Below, one piece after another: positions 50,581 through 63,299 of a DNA stretch of 64,000 nt. The notes under the pieces are model-generated. The model saw only the letters and a list, made by a program, of their open reading frames with translations. It was not told the DNA's origin and made no database searches. Numbering within the stretch: the stretch's first letter is position 1; every line of letters begins with the position of its first letter. The DNA is taken from positions 15,996,001 to 16,060,000 of the forward strand of contig OZ076409.1 in assembly GCA_964187785.1 (NCBI GenBank), given 5' to 3'. Source of the stretch: Amphiscolops sp. MND2022 (Eukaryota). A program made the position numbers and the translations under genes.

Positions 50581-53500
50581 CAGGGGTGGAGTTTTTTATT
50601 TCCAGAGCAAATTCAGGTCCTCTCTTCTTTCGCTTAGATAGAAGTTTTGTTTTTGCGTTATTAAAGCTGATATCAAGTTGTCGGAGATCTTCGTAAATGC
50701 TTGGGGTACCAAATCGTTGGCAGTGAACAATTGCAATGAAATTCTTTGTGTGCTGCGTCAGTATTTCCACAAGCTCTACTGTAGAGCGTGCGGTATGATT
50801 GTTGCTTTTATGTCTTGTGATGCTGTTGTTGATGGCGTCGTGCCAGCAGACAAGGTTTTTCCTGTTTTTGGAACCAGCCATCTCAGAGAAGACGGAAGAA
50901 AGCCCAAAAAACAGTCGCCTGTTGAATGTAAGTAATTAAACACTGTCTATTCAGCTTAGGCGCCTTAGGGACTTCAGTGTCTCAGTATGTACCTTCGTTG
51001 AATAGCCAACAAATGAGTGACCGTAACAAAAAAAGTCAACAAAATAAGGATATGGATGAGTTGCCCTAACACTATTGGAAACGGGCCGGCAATTTGTTGC
51101 GACTCCTGTGAAAAATGGTTCCATGGCAACTGCGTAGGACTCACTCAACAACAGATTGATATGATAAACGAAACTGAAGGAGTAATGTGGTTGTTGAGAC
51201 AGTTCAGACCGACAGTGAAAACGACAATCCAATCAGGGTTGGCAAACTTGAATCTTGATTGTGAAAAAAAAACGTCATGACGATCAAAGACATGGTCGCA
51301 GATGGGATTGCACGAAGCAAATTTTTGAAAAAATTGAAGGCATTCAGGAGGATCGTACTGCATGCGAATCAATAGTTACTGGCCTGAAACCTAATTTGGT
51401 GGCGGTGAAGAGAAAAATCCAACAGCACAGCAATACACTAACGCAACACAAAATGACTTACGCAGCCAAATGCGCACCCACGCTATCCGATCCTACGGAA
51501 AAGAAAGCCTCGTGGTCCGAAGAAATATCGAGCAGATATTTCTTGTGGAAAACTCATACAGCGGCCTGGCCAACTGTATTGATATCAAAAAGGCGTACGC
51601 CAAACATTTCCCAAATAAAAAACTGATCCACGCGTTCAGGAACAGTAGAGGAAAGATCCATCTAAAATTCGATTCCGCAGCCACAGCAGCGGATATATTG
51701 CAAAATTTGAATAAAAGTGTCATGGGTACAGATACCTGTGTTACAAACCCCAGAGGAAAACGCCGGCAAAATGCTATAAATGCAAGAGGAGTCCACACAG
51801 GAATCCTCAAAGACGCTTTTGGAACAAATCTCAGCGCAACTCCACACATACATTGAAAAGGACACAATCGGACGTTTCATCAAAAAACCTGATAATGCCA
51901 GAATGACTACAGTGAAAGTTGACTTACAAGAACGAACTATGCTAGAAACAGCATTAGCAAACGGACTTTTTGTCAACCAGCTATTTTTCAGACCTACCGA
52001 ATACATCGAGGAAACAGATATTCACGTGACCAGATGCTTCAAATGCCAGAAATTCGGCGAAAGAGCATCATCTTGCAAATTGGGTCAAAAATGTGGTAAA
52101 TGCGCGGAAAAGCATAATACCGATAGCTGTCACCAACTGGAACAAAATTACAAATGTGTCAATTGTCTTGAACAACTCTCTTCAGCATCAAAAAAATGCC
52201 CTGTCTACCTGAAAACTATGGAGAGGTTATATCAGAGCCGATCGGTACCCCTACCAAAACAATTACAAGGCAAAACTGACATACTCATCACCGAATACCA
52301 ATGGTCTGCATAAGGCAAGTAAATATGGCAGGGTTAAGCACTCATAGCTCAACCTCGTTATCCTTTTATATGAACCAAGGAAAGCCCCATGCTGTGATAT
52401 TAACGGAGACTCACCGAGAACTAGCAGCACATGAATTCAATAATTTTTCCCTGTGCTATTTTGTTGATCAACGGCACCATTGCAGTGAAATTGTCATTTA
52501 GTTTCATGATACTTCGTGTGGCAACAGTTGTAGTATTGGCGGTGGAGTCTAATTTGGTTGAGTTGCACTGTAGAAGTGTTCGATGATCTTGATTCATATC
52601 TATTAGTACGTCGAGTTTCTTGTCTATTGTCTCTAAACCTTTGGGTTTGACGTCTTTTTTCATGACTGGGAGGTTTTCTTTGCGAAACCAAAGGATAGAT
52701 TCAATTCTATCCATTGCCTCGATTGTTGTTTCTGCTATTTCGATGAATTTTTGATGAAACCAGCGTTCGCATGCTGTATATTCGATTGCACTCGTTCCAG
52801 ATACAACAGGTTTGTTGCATGAACCGCTAGAATCAATGTGTTCCGTAGTTGAGATGGTACGGTCCTTTTTGTTTTTGGAGGGCATTTTCCTACCCACGCA
52901 AAGGCTGCTTCAAGATAAAAAAAATCTCAAAAGCTGCCCCTGTTCGCTTCGGAAACATGGATGGGACAGGTCACCTCAGTTAACCTTCGATATCTTCTTG
53001 TTGCACTTTATTTTCCGTTTTCTCGATAGTTTTTTCAAGACGAGGCTATAGACTGCTGATTTATTTCGTAAGGTCGTTGAGATAAAATTGCACTCCAGTA
53101 CAGGCCAGGGGTGGAGTTTTTTATTTCCAGAGCAAATTCAGGTCATCTCTTCTTTCGCTTAGATAGAAGTTTCGTTTTTGCGTTAATAAAGCTGATATCA
53201 AGTTGCCGGAGATCTTCGTAAATGCTTGGGGTACCAAATCGTAGGCAGTAAACAATTGCAATGAAATTCTTTGTGTGCTGCGTCAGTATTTCCACAAGCT
53301 CTACTGTAGAGCGTGCGGTATTATTGTTGCTTTTATGTCTTGTGATGCTGTTGTTGATGGCGTCGTGCCAGCAGACAAGGTTTTTCCTGTTTTTGGAACC
53401 AACCATCTCAGAGAAGACGGAAGAAAGCCCAAAAAACAGTCGCCTGTTGAATGTAAGTAATTAAACACTGTCTATTCAGCTTAGGCGCCTTAGGGACTTC

Positions 53501-54972
53501 ATTGTCTCAGTTTGTACCTTCGTTGAATAGCCAACAAATGAGTGACCGTAACAAAAAAAGTCAACAAAATAAGGATATGCATGAGTTGCCCTAACACTAT
53601 TGGAAACGGGCCGGCAATTTGTTGCGACTCCTGTGAAAAATGGTTCCATGGCAACTGCGTAGGACTCACTCAACAACAGATTGATATGATAAACGAAACT
53701 GAAGGAGTAATGTGGTTGTTGAGACTGTTCAGACCGACAGTGAAAACGACAATCCCATCAGGGTTGGCAAACTTGAATCTTGAACGTGAAAAAAACGTCA
53801 TGACGATCAAAGACATGGTCGCAGATGGGATTGGACGAAGCAAATTTTTGAAAAAATAGAAGGCATTCAGGAGGATCGTACTGCATGCGAATCAATAGTT
53901 ACTGGCCTGAAACCTAATTTGGTGGCGGTGAAGAGAAAAATCCAACAGCACAGCAATACACTAACGCAACACAAAATGACTTACGCAGCCAAATGCGCAC
54001 CCACGCTATCCGATCCTACGGAAAAGAAAGCCTCGTGGTCTGAAGAAATATCGAGCAGATATTTCTTGTGGAAAACTCATACAGCGGCCTTGCCAACTGT
54101 ATTGATATCAAAAAGGCGTACGCCAAACATTTCCCAAATAAAAAACTGATCCACGCGTTCAGGAACAGTAGAGGAAAGATCCATCTAAAATTCGATTCCG
54201 CAGCCACAGCAGCGGATATATTGCAAAATTTGAATAAAAGTGTCATGGGTACAGATACCTGTGTTACAAACCCCAGAGGAAAACGCCGGCAAAATGCTAT
54301 AAATGTAAGAGGAGTCCACACAGGAATCATCAAAGACGCTTTCGGAACAAATCTCAGCGCAACTCCACACATACATTGAAAAGGACACAATCGGACGTTT
54401 CATCAAAAAACCTGATAATGCCAGAATGACTACAGTGAAAGTTGATTTACAAGAACGAACTATGCTAGAAACAGCATTAGCAAGCGGACTTTTTGTCAAC
54501 CAGCTATTTTTCAGACCTACCGAATACATCGAGGAAACAGATATTCACGTGACCAGATGCTTCAAATGCCAGAAAGTCGGCGAAAGAGCATCATCTTGCA
54601 AATTGGGTCAAAAATGTGGTAAATGCGCGGAAAAGCATAATACTGATAGCTGTCACCAACTGGAACAAAATTACAAATGTGTCAATTGTCTGGAACAACT
54701 CTCTTCAGCATCAAAAAAATGCCCTGTCTACCTGAAAACTATGGAGAGGTTGTATCAGAGCCGATCGATACCCCTACCAAAACAATTACAAGGCAAAATT
54801 GACATACTCATCACCGAATACCAATGGTCTGCATAAGGCAAGTAAATATGGCAGGGTTAAGCACTCATAGCTCAACCTCGTTATCCCTTTCTATGAACCA
54901 AGGAAAGCCCCATGCTGTGATATTAACGGAGACTCACCGAGAACTAGCAGCACATGAATTCAATAATTTTTC
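49926..54972. repeat. Same inner tandem duplication in unit 3
   Basis: Identical junction at 52449/52450. ORF offset 50373/52897. Confidence 0.93.
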
Positions 54973-57602
54973 TGCCATTAGATATTGTGGGACGATCGGT
55001 CGTGGAAGAGTTACTATTTTAGTCAGGAAGGATATCACACACGTACCGGGAATCTTCAAAGCCCTGATTTACTCTGCCCAGATCAACGAATGAGCACGGC
55101 AGAACTCTAGTAAATGCACTACACCACTCCTCCAGGATGCTAAATGTCATCAACGACGGACAACCCGCGTTTATGTCAACAACGGGAGCAGTGTTATCGA
55201 CCTCTTTATCACGTCAGAGAGAATAAGTGAAACTACAAACTTCACAATGGTTGACCACGAAACAGAATTACTCACTGGTGCTCCGACGAGGGTACGCCTT
55301 CCCGTATGCTGAACAAGAAATAGGAAGACGCAAAAACAGTCAAACTTGAAAAAGACAGGAAGAACGCCAATTGGGAAGGATTCTACGAGTGTGTAGAAAA
55401 CCTTCAAACAGATGGGATAGATTTCAAGACAACTGACGCTGATTCTTCATGGTTGCTACTGAAAGAAGTGGGTAAAACTGCTTCAGAACAACATATTTCG
55501 GTGAAGAACGTCTGTTGCTTTTCGAAACTGTATTGGTGCGAAGAATTCAGTTCGAAAAACTGAGAGCTCTGTAAGGCACGGAGAAACTACCGATACTGTG
55601 GCTCGGTGCAAAACCTCAAGCTTTTGAGTGAGCTTCAACAATCTTTTCAAAATATGGTAAATGATAAAGCAACTGAATACTTCAAAAGCTCCATCTAAGA
55701 TGTTAACGACATCCACTCAAAGGAGTTTTGGAAGCGTGTCAATAAACTTCTGAAAGACATGGTAGGTGCTGGAGTTTCCAAGTTGTTGAAAGAACAAATT
55801 TCACTTTGCTGCAGAAGACCAAGCCGATTTATTCCGTTATAATTGTTCACTCGAAAACATTTGGAGAAACTCAGCTTCAACGAAGATTTCAAGCTACACG
55901 TAGAAAATACGTTCCAACAATCTCTACATTCCGAAAGACTCGAAATAGAAAGTCACAGGTGGTTTAACTGCGACTTCACCTTCGAAGAACTGGAATACGT
56001 TCTGCGTTTGTTGAAAACATTGGAAAATCTCTCGATAACGACAAAATCCATCCCAAAATGAGTAAGTACACAGGACCCCGATATAAAGAAGTCCTTTTTC
56101 ACATTGCAAACAAAACACTGAATGAATATCACTGGCCGTGGAATCATTCAAAAGTGATGTTTCTGATGAAGCAAGGTAAAACAGACTACATGACACCATC
56201 AGTGTATCGGCCGATAAGAATCTCCAGCTATACCGGAAAAATTGTGGAAAGATTATTGAATGTCAGGCTGAGAAGCTCTTTCAAAAATTTCAACCTGATA
56301 GACGAAGAGAAGGAAGGCTTCCAGTATCACAAAACATAGTAAGGTCGTTGTATAGGTTGAAAATGGAATGTCAAGAAGTGTGAGAATCAGCAGGAATAGT
56401 GGTGCCTTGAAATCCATCGACTTCGAGAAGGCCTTCAATTCCGTATGGATCAATGGACTGCTCCAAAAACTCTATCAATCGGGAGTTAGAGGTAAATTCA
56501 TTAAACTGATTGAAATTATTTTGAAAAACTGTAAACTCAGCATAGAAATCGGTAATCTGAGAAGCCAATACTTTGGAGCCAAAGATGGACTCCCACAGGG
56601 TAGTGTGTTATCACCAATTCTGTTCATTTTTCCGTTTCTTACATGTTCAAAAACATCAGCTGTAGGAAGTTCAAACTCGCTGACGATGGAAACCTCCTAG
56701 TGACAGGAGACACTGAAACTCAAGTCTATCTGAACTGTCAAATTATTCTCAAACAACAGGAACCGTGGTGCAAAAATTGGAGGATCGCAGTCAATGGTGA
56801 CAAGACGTCCATAATCAACCTCGACACTGAGAACACGCACGCCCGGAAGTTTTTCGGCGAGGCCAGCATGGTCACCAGAAACACAAAAATCCTGGGTTTG
56901 ATTGTGGACAACAAACTGAATTTCCACGATCATCCACAGCAGGTAGAAGGAAAAGTTGCTAAACAGCTGAACTTATTCAAAAAGTTTTGCGGCTCTAATT
57001 GGGGTCTAAAGCAAGCAACGCTCATAAAGCTTTACAAAACTGTAGTTCCCCTCCCCCTCCCCCGATTTCTGTACGCGGCCCCTGTGTGGGCCAGGAAACA
57101 CGTTCAAGCTTCAAGCACTTAGCCGATTCCAAAACACCGCGCTCAAACTTATCATAGATACGAGTACGAAATCCGACAGTTGGTAGCCGAAATACTGTGC
57201 GGTCTCCCGCCTATGCAAATACAAATGGACATTATCACTATTAAATTTGGAATCAATCTTTCTCAACAGCAAGAAATTTTGTGGAAACTGTATCGGAAAT
57301 GCCAATTGCAAGAAATAAAAAAATAAAAACCTCATTGACGATTTTTATAAAGTGACAGGTGCAACAAATTGTTACACGGTGTCAACTTGCCACGAGTACC
57401 TGAGAAGTAGATGGAACAGTATATTCAAAAACGCGCTCACGACTACCCCCTCTGGATTGGCCAATCACTCAAATTGAATGGAAAGGGGTTGCCTATCCAA
57501 AAACGACAAGCAGACACCTAGAAAGAACCACCAACAAGCTCCTTTTGAATTGCAACGTCGAACTGGCACAAGATGCGTACAAACTTTGGTGTACAAAGTA
57601 TT
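53510..57602 (+). mobile_element. LINE Y copy 3; extra 5' fragment at ~50985-52449
   Basis: Paralogue of 25200-29258. Confidence 0.9.
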
Positions 57603-59167
57603 GGGTGGCTGTAAATAGGTCGAATTTTTCTGGTCGAAAGGATTGAGGTCGAACCTTTTGATCGAATTGCAGGGATCGAATGGAATGCGCTCGAAAATGA
57701 TCGAACCCTTCGGGTCGAAAACGTTCTTTGTTTGCCTCAAGTCGATTGACTATCATAATGTGGGGCATATGCTGTGTATGCACGCTCGCCCTCACCGTCG
57801 CAAAGACCAGCTCCCAATACGATCGTTTCGCGATCTCCGTCCCCGCTAGGTCTTTGCTCCTGTTCGACCTCGCTTAGCAAGACGGGAACATAAGCGGCCC
57901 CAAGGGGCCGCGGAGCACTAGAGGAAATGGGGACATATCCGAGACACGTTTTATACTTTTCTAGGAAATTCTATCTGCGGCAATTCGATTTGTTTCCCAA
58001 AAATCAAAATTTAGATCCGAGTTGTTTCGATCCCATTCAAATAATTGGTATGTCGACTCGAGGACTAACTCTGATTTTCGAACCCGTTTCTTCGACCTAT
58101 ATCCGCCCACCCCAGTATATTATATAAAGCGGGTGGGCGGAAATAGGTTGAAAGAACGTGATCGAAAATCAGAGTTAGTCCTCAGGTCGACATGCCAAAT
58201 TTTTGAATGGGATCGAAACAACTCGGATCGAAATTTTTATAACGTAGTCAGATATGTTCACATACCTCTAGTGCCCTGAATGCAGGAGCGAAGCGAAGCG
58301 GAGCGACGTGCCATATTGCCATGCCTCAATGTTGCTACTTGGCGAAGGGAGCGAAGCGACCGAGTCATACGACAAATACGATAAAATTCGACCGCATTCC
58401 ATTCGATCCCTGCAATTCGATCAAAAGGTTCGACCTCTGTCCTTTCGACCAGAAAAATTCGACCTATTTACAGCCACCCATATAAAGCTTGGGGCCGCTT
58501 ATGTTCCCATGTTGCTAAGCGAGGTCGAACAGGAGCAAAGACAGCGGGACCGGAGATCGCGAAGCGATCGTTATGGAAGCTGGACTTTGCGACGGTGAGA
58601 GCGAGCGTGCGCACATCGTATTTGACCGAGTTACATGGTTCATATAGACGGACCCATAGAACTTGCCACAGGAAATATCTATTCACTCACTTGGACCACG
58701 AACCTAATAAAGTTCATCTTAGATTCTGGACGTTTCGAAAGTAGAACAGAAAGGAAACGGCACTTTCAAGAGAGTACTCAACTACTGAAGACTCATAATT
58801 TCTGAGGCTATGACTAACAGACCTTCAACTTTTACTTTATTTACACAGAACCGATACCATGTGCCTAAAACGTTATAAACGCTCGTCGTTATAAAGCACT
58901 CTGTTATAAACATCCCCTACTGTACTTGAATTATTTGATGAAAATTATGGAATTGTAAACGGTAACTTCTCTTACCCCTACATTTTTCAGTTGCTTAATG
59001 AGAACAAAGGTACAAATAAAGTGTTTTTACCCAACAGTTTCGTTGGACCTCTTTATCAACTATCTCCTGGTCTCGAACTGACTCAGTGAATTCAGTCGTT
59101 GGTATACGATAGTTTAAGTAGACCAGAAGTAGGAAAGCTCCCAGACTATTTCAGAACCCGAAAGGCA

Positions 59168-59496
59168 ATGGGTCAAACATTATCCGAGCCCGTGACCACC
59201 AAGAGTTCTTCCAAATATGAAAATTCGAAAGTCAAGTGCGGATGTTCTTCAATGCAAGGATGGCGAATTTGTTAGTATTTGATGATTTCCTTTTCTGTCG
59301 TGGCTGATATTGTCTTTGCCCATCAATAATAATCATTCAATTTCAGCGATGGAAGATGCACATACTGTGGACCTGAAGCTAGGCAATGAAGAGAATGTTC
59401 ATTACTTCGCAGTGTTCGATGGCCACGGAGGCAGGAGAATCGCTGACTATGCTAGTCGCAATCTGCACATCAGGATACATAATAATCCTGCATATC
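59168..59496 (+). CDS. PP2C/PPM-family Ser/Thr phosphatase (Ptc2/Ptc3/PPM-2-like), exons 1-2 (59168-59270, 59347-59496); rest of the gene probably beyond the window
   Basis: MGQTLSEPVTTK..SSMQGWRISMEDAH..FAVFDGHGG are the N-terminal PPM motifs, with canonical GT-AG splice sites. This is the downstream-most copy, so intron 2 can run into unique flank. Later motifs (GDSR, DHKP, SRA.GD) were not seen in the window. Confidence 0.85.
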
Positions 59497-61489
59497 GTAC
59501 GTGTGCGCGCCATGAATGATTTGCTCCAAAAGTTTCTTTACCTCACAAGTAGTGTTGGACAGACACTAGTATCGAAAAAACTGATATTAGTATCTACCAG
59601 TATATAGTAGTATAGTTACCAGTATCCTAATTTCTTTTTCTGTCTGGGTAACAAAAAAATTCCATTCAAAAACTCAATTGAAATTGATTAGAAAAAGGAA
59701 TATTAGTCTATTCATCGAAATGAAAAGCAATCTTATTTCCAGCACGGGAACTTCAGTTCATATCAACATAAAGAAGCATATAAATACGACAGTTCTGAAG
59801 CCGATTACGTTTTTTAGAGTGAATTGATTAAAAACACTCCCAGCTGAAGAAGTGGGACCAGTATGAACATGGAGAGCTACCGTCGATAGCAAGGGATATT
59901 CTTTTTTCTCGTAGACGGACCAAAATATCTTCTGCGAAAAGTCAGCAATCGATGTTGGAATGTTTTTAGAGCATCTTCAAAATCATTGTTTTCCTAAAAA
60001 AACACTCGAAGAAGTTTTTAAATTGCTCGATATTGTCCAGTCTATCGGTATGAACGATACTTTCACCACCTTTTGTCTCTGGGGACAGCAGATAGGAAAA
60101 TCCCACACACACTGTATGCAAAATAATCCGACGTTTCATAATTTCTTTGATAGCTGCTTCGTCTCGATATCGGTCGAGCAATTGATTGAAGTTAGAATAG
60201 GAAAAAGAAGATTGATATCGAAAAGTTGACTTAAACGTTTTCGGTCTTGTAGACCATCATCAGAATCTAAAAAATATACTGAAGTTAGAATAATTTGACT
60301 GAAGATCGGACTCATTGCTTTCCAGATTTCTATCAAAATTGATGGTATCTCCAACATCTCAACTTTTCTCAATCTTTCCAAAACCGTTCTAACATCTCTC
60401 GACAGTTTCGATATTTTTTCGTTAGAGCCCGTAATATGGCTTGTTTACATTCAAAAAGGGTGTCCAAACAGTTGAATTGTGATTTTTTTTGTATTTGACC
60501 TACTTTTTCTCAAAAAGGCAATCTTCTATTTTAATTTGTTCCATTTTATTCAGACTGTTTTGAGTGGTGCAATGCAAAAGTGTGAAATTTTACGTCAGCA
60601 TTTTCTGAAGTGCTGATTTTCGTTGTTTCCCATACTTTTGTACTTCTGACAATCTCAGATGTATAAATACAACCGATGAAATTTCACATGACAGCTAATG
60701 CGATATTTCTGAGAAATCTTTACGCTCGAAGTTGATGATACTAGTTACCAAAAGTTTGGTTACTAGTACGTAGATATTAGTATTGATTCTAGTATAATTA
60801 TTCGGCGCTTTCGTAGAAAGAGCAGACAATAGTTTCTGAGGTCAGAGAAGCAGGAGTACGTGCAGTGATGTCCCTTTTTAAAGGATTTTAAATTTAAATT
60901 AAATCCCCCTTTTAAATTTTTAAAGGATTTTTTATGTTGAAGAATCGGCCTCAAAATCAGAGATTCCAAAATAATTATCGAATATCTATCGTAATCATGC
61001 AATAAATTATCTTATCTTGATCTTCATATAAAATAGATAATCTTATTTTATGATTCAAAAAATGATAATCTCAGATACTTTTGTAGAGTCAAAAAATAAT
61101 CTGATCAAAGTTTTATTTCGATTCAACAATACTATTCACAGTATGAACGTCCCATAGTTCCTTATTCAAGAGTAAAAAGCAGTTTTCTTCCAACATTGGT
61201 GTTGTTGTGTTTCTCTCATTCGTAAAATAAGCACGAGAAAATGCATGTTCGGCGAGTCAATCATTTTATTTTTCTTCAAGAAATTAATAGCCAATGTTTG
61301 CTCATCCGTAGAAATTTCAAATTCCATTAATCTCAAATTCATCAATCCTCTTCAAATGTTTTTAGTCGGCGCATTTTAACAAGTCTTTTCCTTTTTTCGT
61401 CAGATAACAATGTATGCGTAGTGGACACTTTTTACAGAACTACTAAACTACTGGACCGGCAAACGGAAACGCATTTAAGTTAGTGTAAA

Positions 61490-61860
61490 GGGTCTCCCCT
61501 TTTATTTACTCCTTATGTAAGATACATTTTAACGTGAGATACAAAACCGGACGAGACTATAGGGTCCCCCTTTGAGTTTTTTCGGCGACTTTTTTTGTCT
61601 CCCTTTCAAATTTTTTGATATTTTGCAGCAAACTGAAGTTCCAAAAAGCCTAAAGGGTCTCCCCTTTCAAGTTTTTCGGCACTATTAGACTGTTTCAAAA
61701 TTCGCATTTTTCGTTTTTTCGAAATTTTTCGATTTTTTAAAAATGTCTCCGAAGGGTCCTCCTATTTTTTTGATATTTTGCAACAAACTTGATTATCAAA
61801 AAGCCGAAAGGGTCCCCCTTTTACAATTTTAAAAACTGCGGTTTTTGAGCCTTAGAGATA
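61490..61860. repeat. Interspersed repeat built from AAAGGGTC(T)CCCCTTT / TTTTGATATTTTGCA.CAAACT subunits; related segment at ~62270-62560
   Basis: AGGGTC(T)CCCCT-type motif at ~61489, 61561, 61654, 61753, 61809 and 62339; TTTTTGATATTTTGCA twice. Confidence 0.6.
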
Positions 61861-63299
61861 ACGCCGACTTTAGATGTTCCCGTCTTGTTGAAGAGTAAGA
61901 ACGTCTTCGGTAGAATTCGCCTGCGTTGACCTAATTTCCTCTATTGGATCGTCTATCGACCTTTGTTCGGAAATATTCTTAGTAATGTCTTGAATTTCAA
62001 GACTTAATCGTTCAATTTTTCTGTGATTACTTCTAAAAAACTGTCTACCAGCTTCTTTTTCAGTATTGGTTAAAATATTCCGAGATATCTTGCTTGGATT
62101 ACTAAGTGTCGCACCAAAAAACTCCTCAGCAAAAAACATCGTATTTATAATTGCTGTCAAATTTCCCTTTCATTTTAAAGGACAAAGCATCCTTTAAAAG
62201 GAAATCTTTTTAAATGATCGTTGTTTAAAGCAAGGATTTTTTAAAAGGATCCTTTATAGGGTGATCCCTGATTACGTGGATTCGAGTCTCGCACTAAACC
62301 AATTTTTATGCTTGCAAAAAAAGTAGAGGGGAGACCAAAGGGTCCCCCTTTGGTTTTTCTGCACTCTGCTACTTTTCTCCCCGAAGTTTTTTCAATCAAA
62401 GTGCTACTTTGATTTTTAGCGGAAACAAAGCATTTTCCGAGCATATGGGATCGTTTTAGGTTTTTTGGCACAATTCGATTTACCGAACAATTTTGCAAAC
62501 GTCTGAAAAAAGTTTTGTGTGAGGAAAACATATTTTTGAGTCCTAAGGGTGAACTTTGATTGTTTTGGTTCTGTGGAGCTGATGACAGTTTTCTAAATAA
62601 TTTTGGAAAAGATCAATGGTTTTCTTTCGACACTGAGCGACTTTTTCTCGGAAAATATTTTATTATTTCTGCGATAGCAGGCATATTATTGAAACCTCAA
62701 AATGTCTACTTTTTTGTTCAGTAAAATTTTTCGCATGATACTGAATAATTCAGATATTTTGTTCGGCAGTGACTATAAGCGTGAGATTTAAATTTCTGAA
62801 GCTGCCGACGACATTTCAATTCTCGTGCGATGGAACGAGCGAGTGGTAATTATGCAGTCGTACGCTGATGTCATTGAGATGAAGCGAGCGAAATTTCGTA
62901 ATTATGCTTTCGTAATTATGGTTTTAAAACTTCGTCTACGCTTAGTAGTTATATTTGCTTTAGTCTGAGATTTAAAGGCTGTATAAACTAGTACAGTGAT
63001 TAATTGTGCACTAAATAATGATTAAACAGGAGTGTATTGGTATTCCAGAAATGATTCTATTATTAATGAAAGATTAAAGCAGAAATGATAGTCTGCGTGA
63101 GAGGGTACCCCTGCACTTTCATGTTTTCGGCCTGAAAAAAAGCGTTTGCCGAACTTTAAGCACTTTATAGCCACTGTGAAACTTTTGCCTGAAGAAAAAA
63201 GTTCGGGAGTTTTTTCAAATCATTTTTTGATGGTTCAAGTTAGGGAGAAGCGTTTCCGTGTTTTTGTTGATGTTCAGCTTTCGCTGATAGAATGTCTCT

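Larger units (their letters stand above)
47331..61434. repeat. Segmental tandem unit copy 3 (~14.10 kb), continuing into unique flank
   Basis: Ends GCGTAGTGGACACTTTTTA|CAGAAC at 61434. Has a ~110-bp deletion near 60833 and a small insertion near 60880. Confidence 0.95.

Noticed and set aside
62265-62300. tRNA gene
   Set aside because: Only a degenerate T-arm-like stretch; no cloverleaf.
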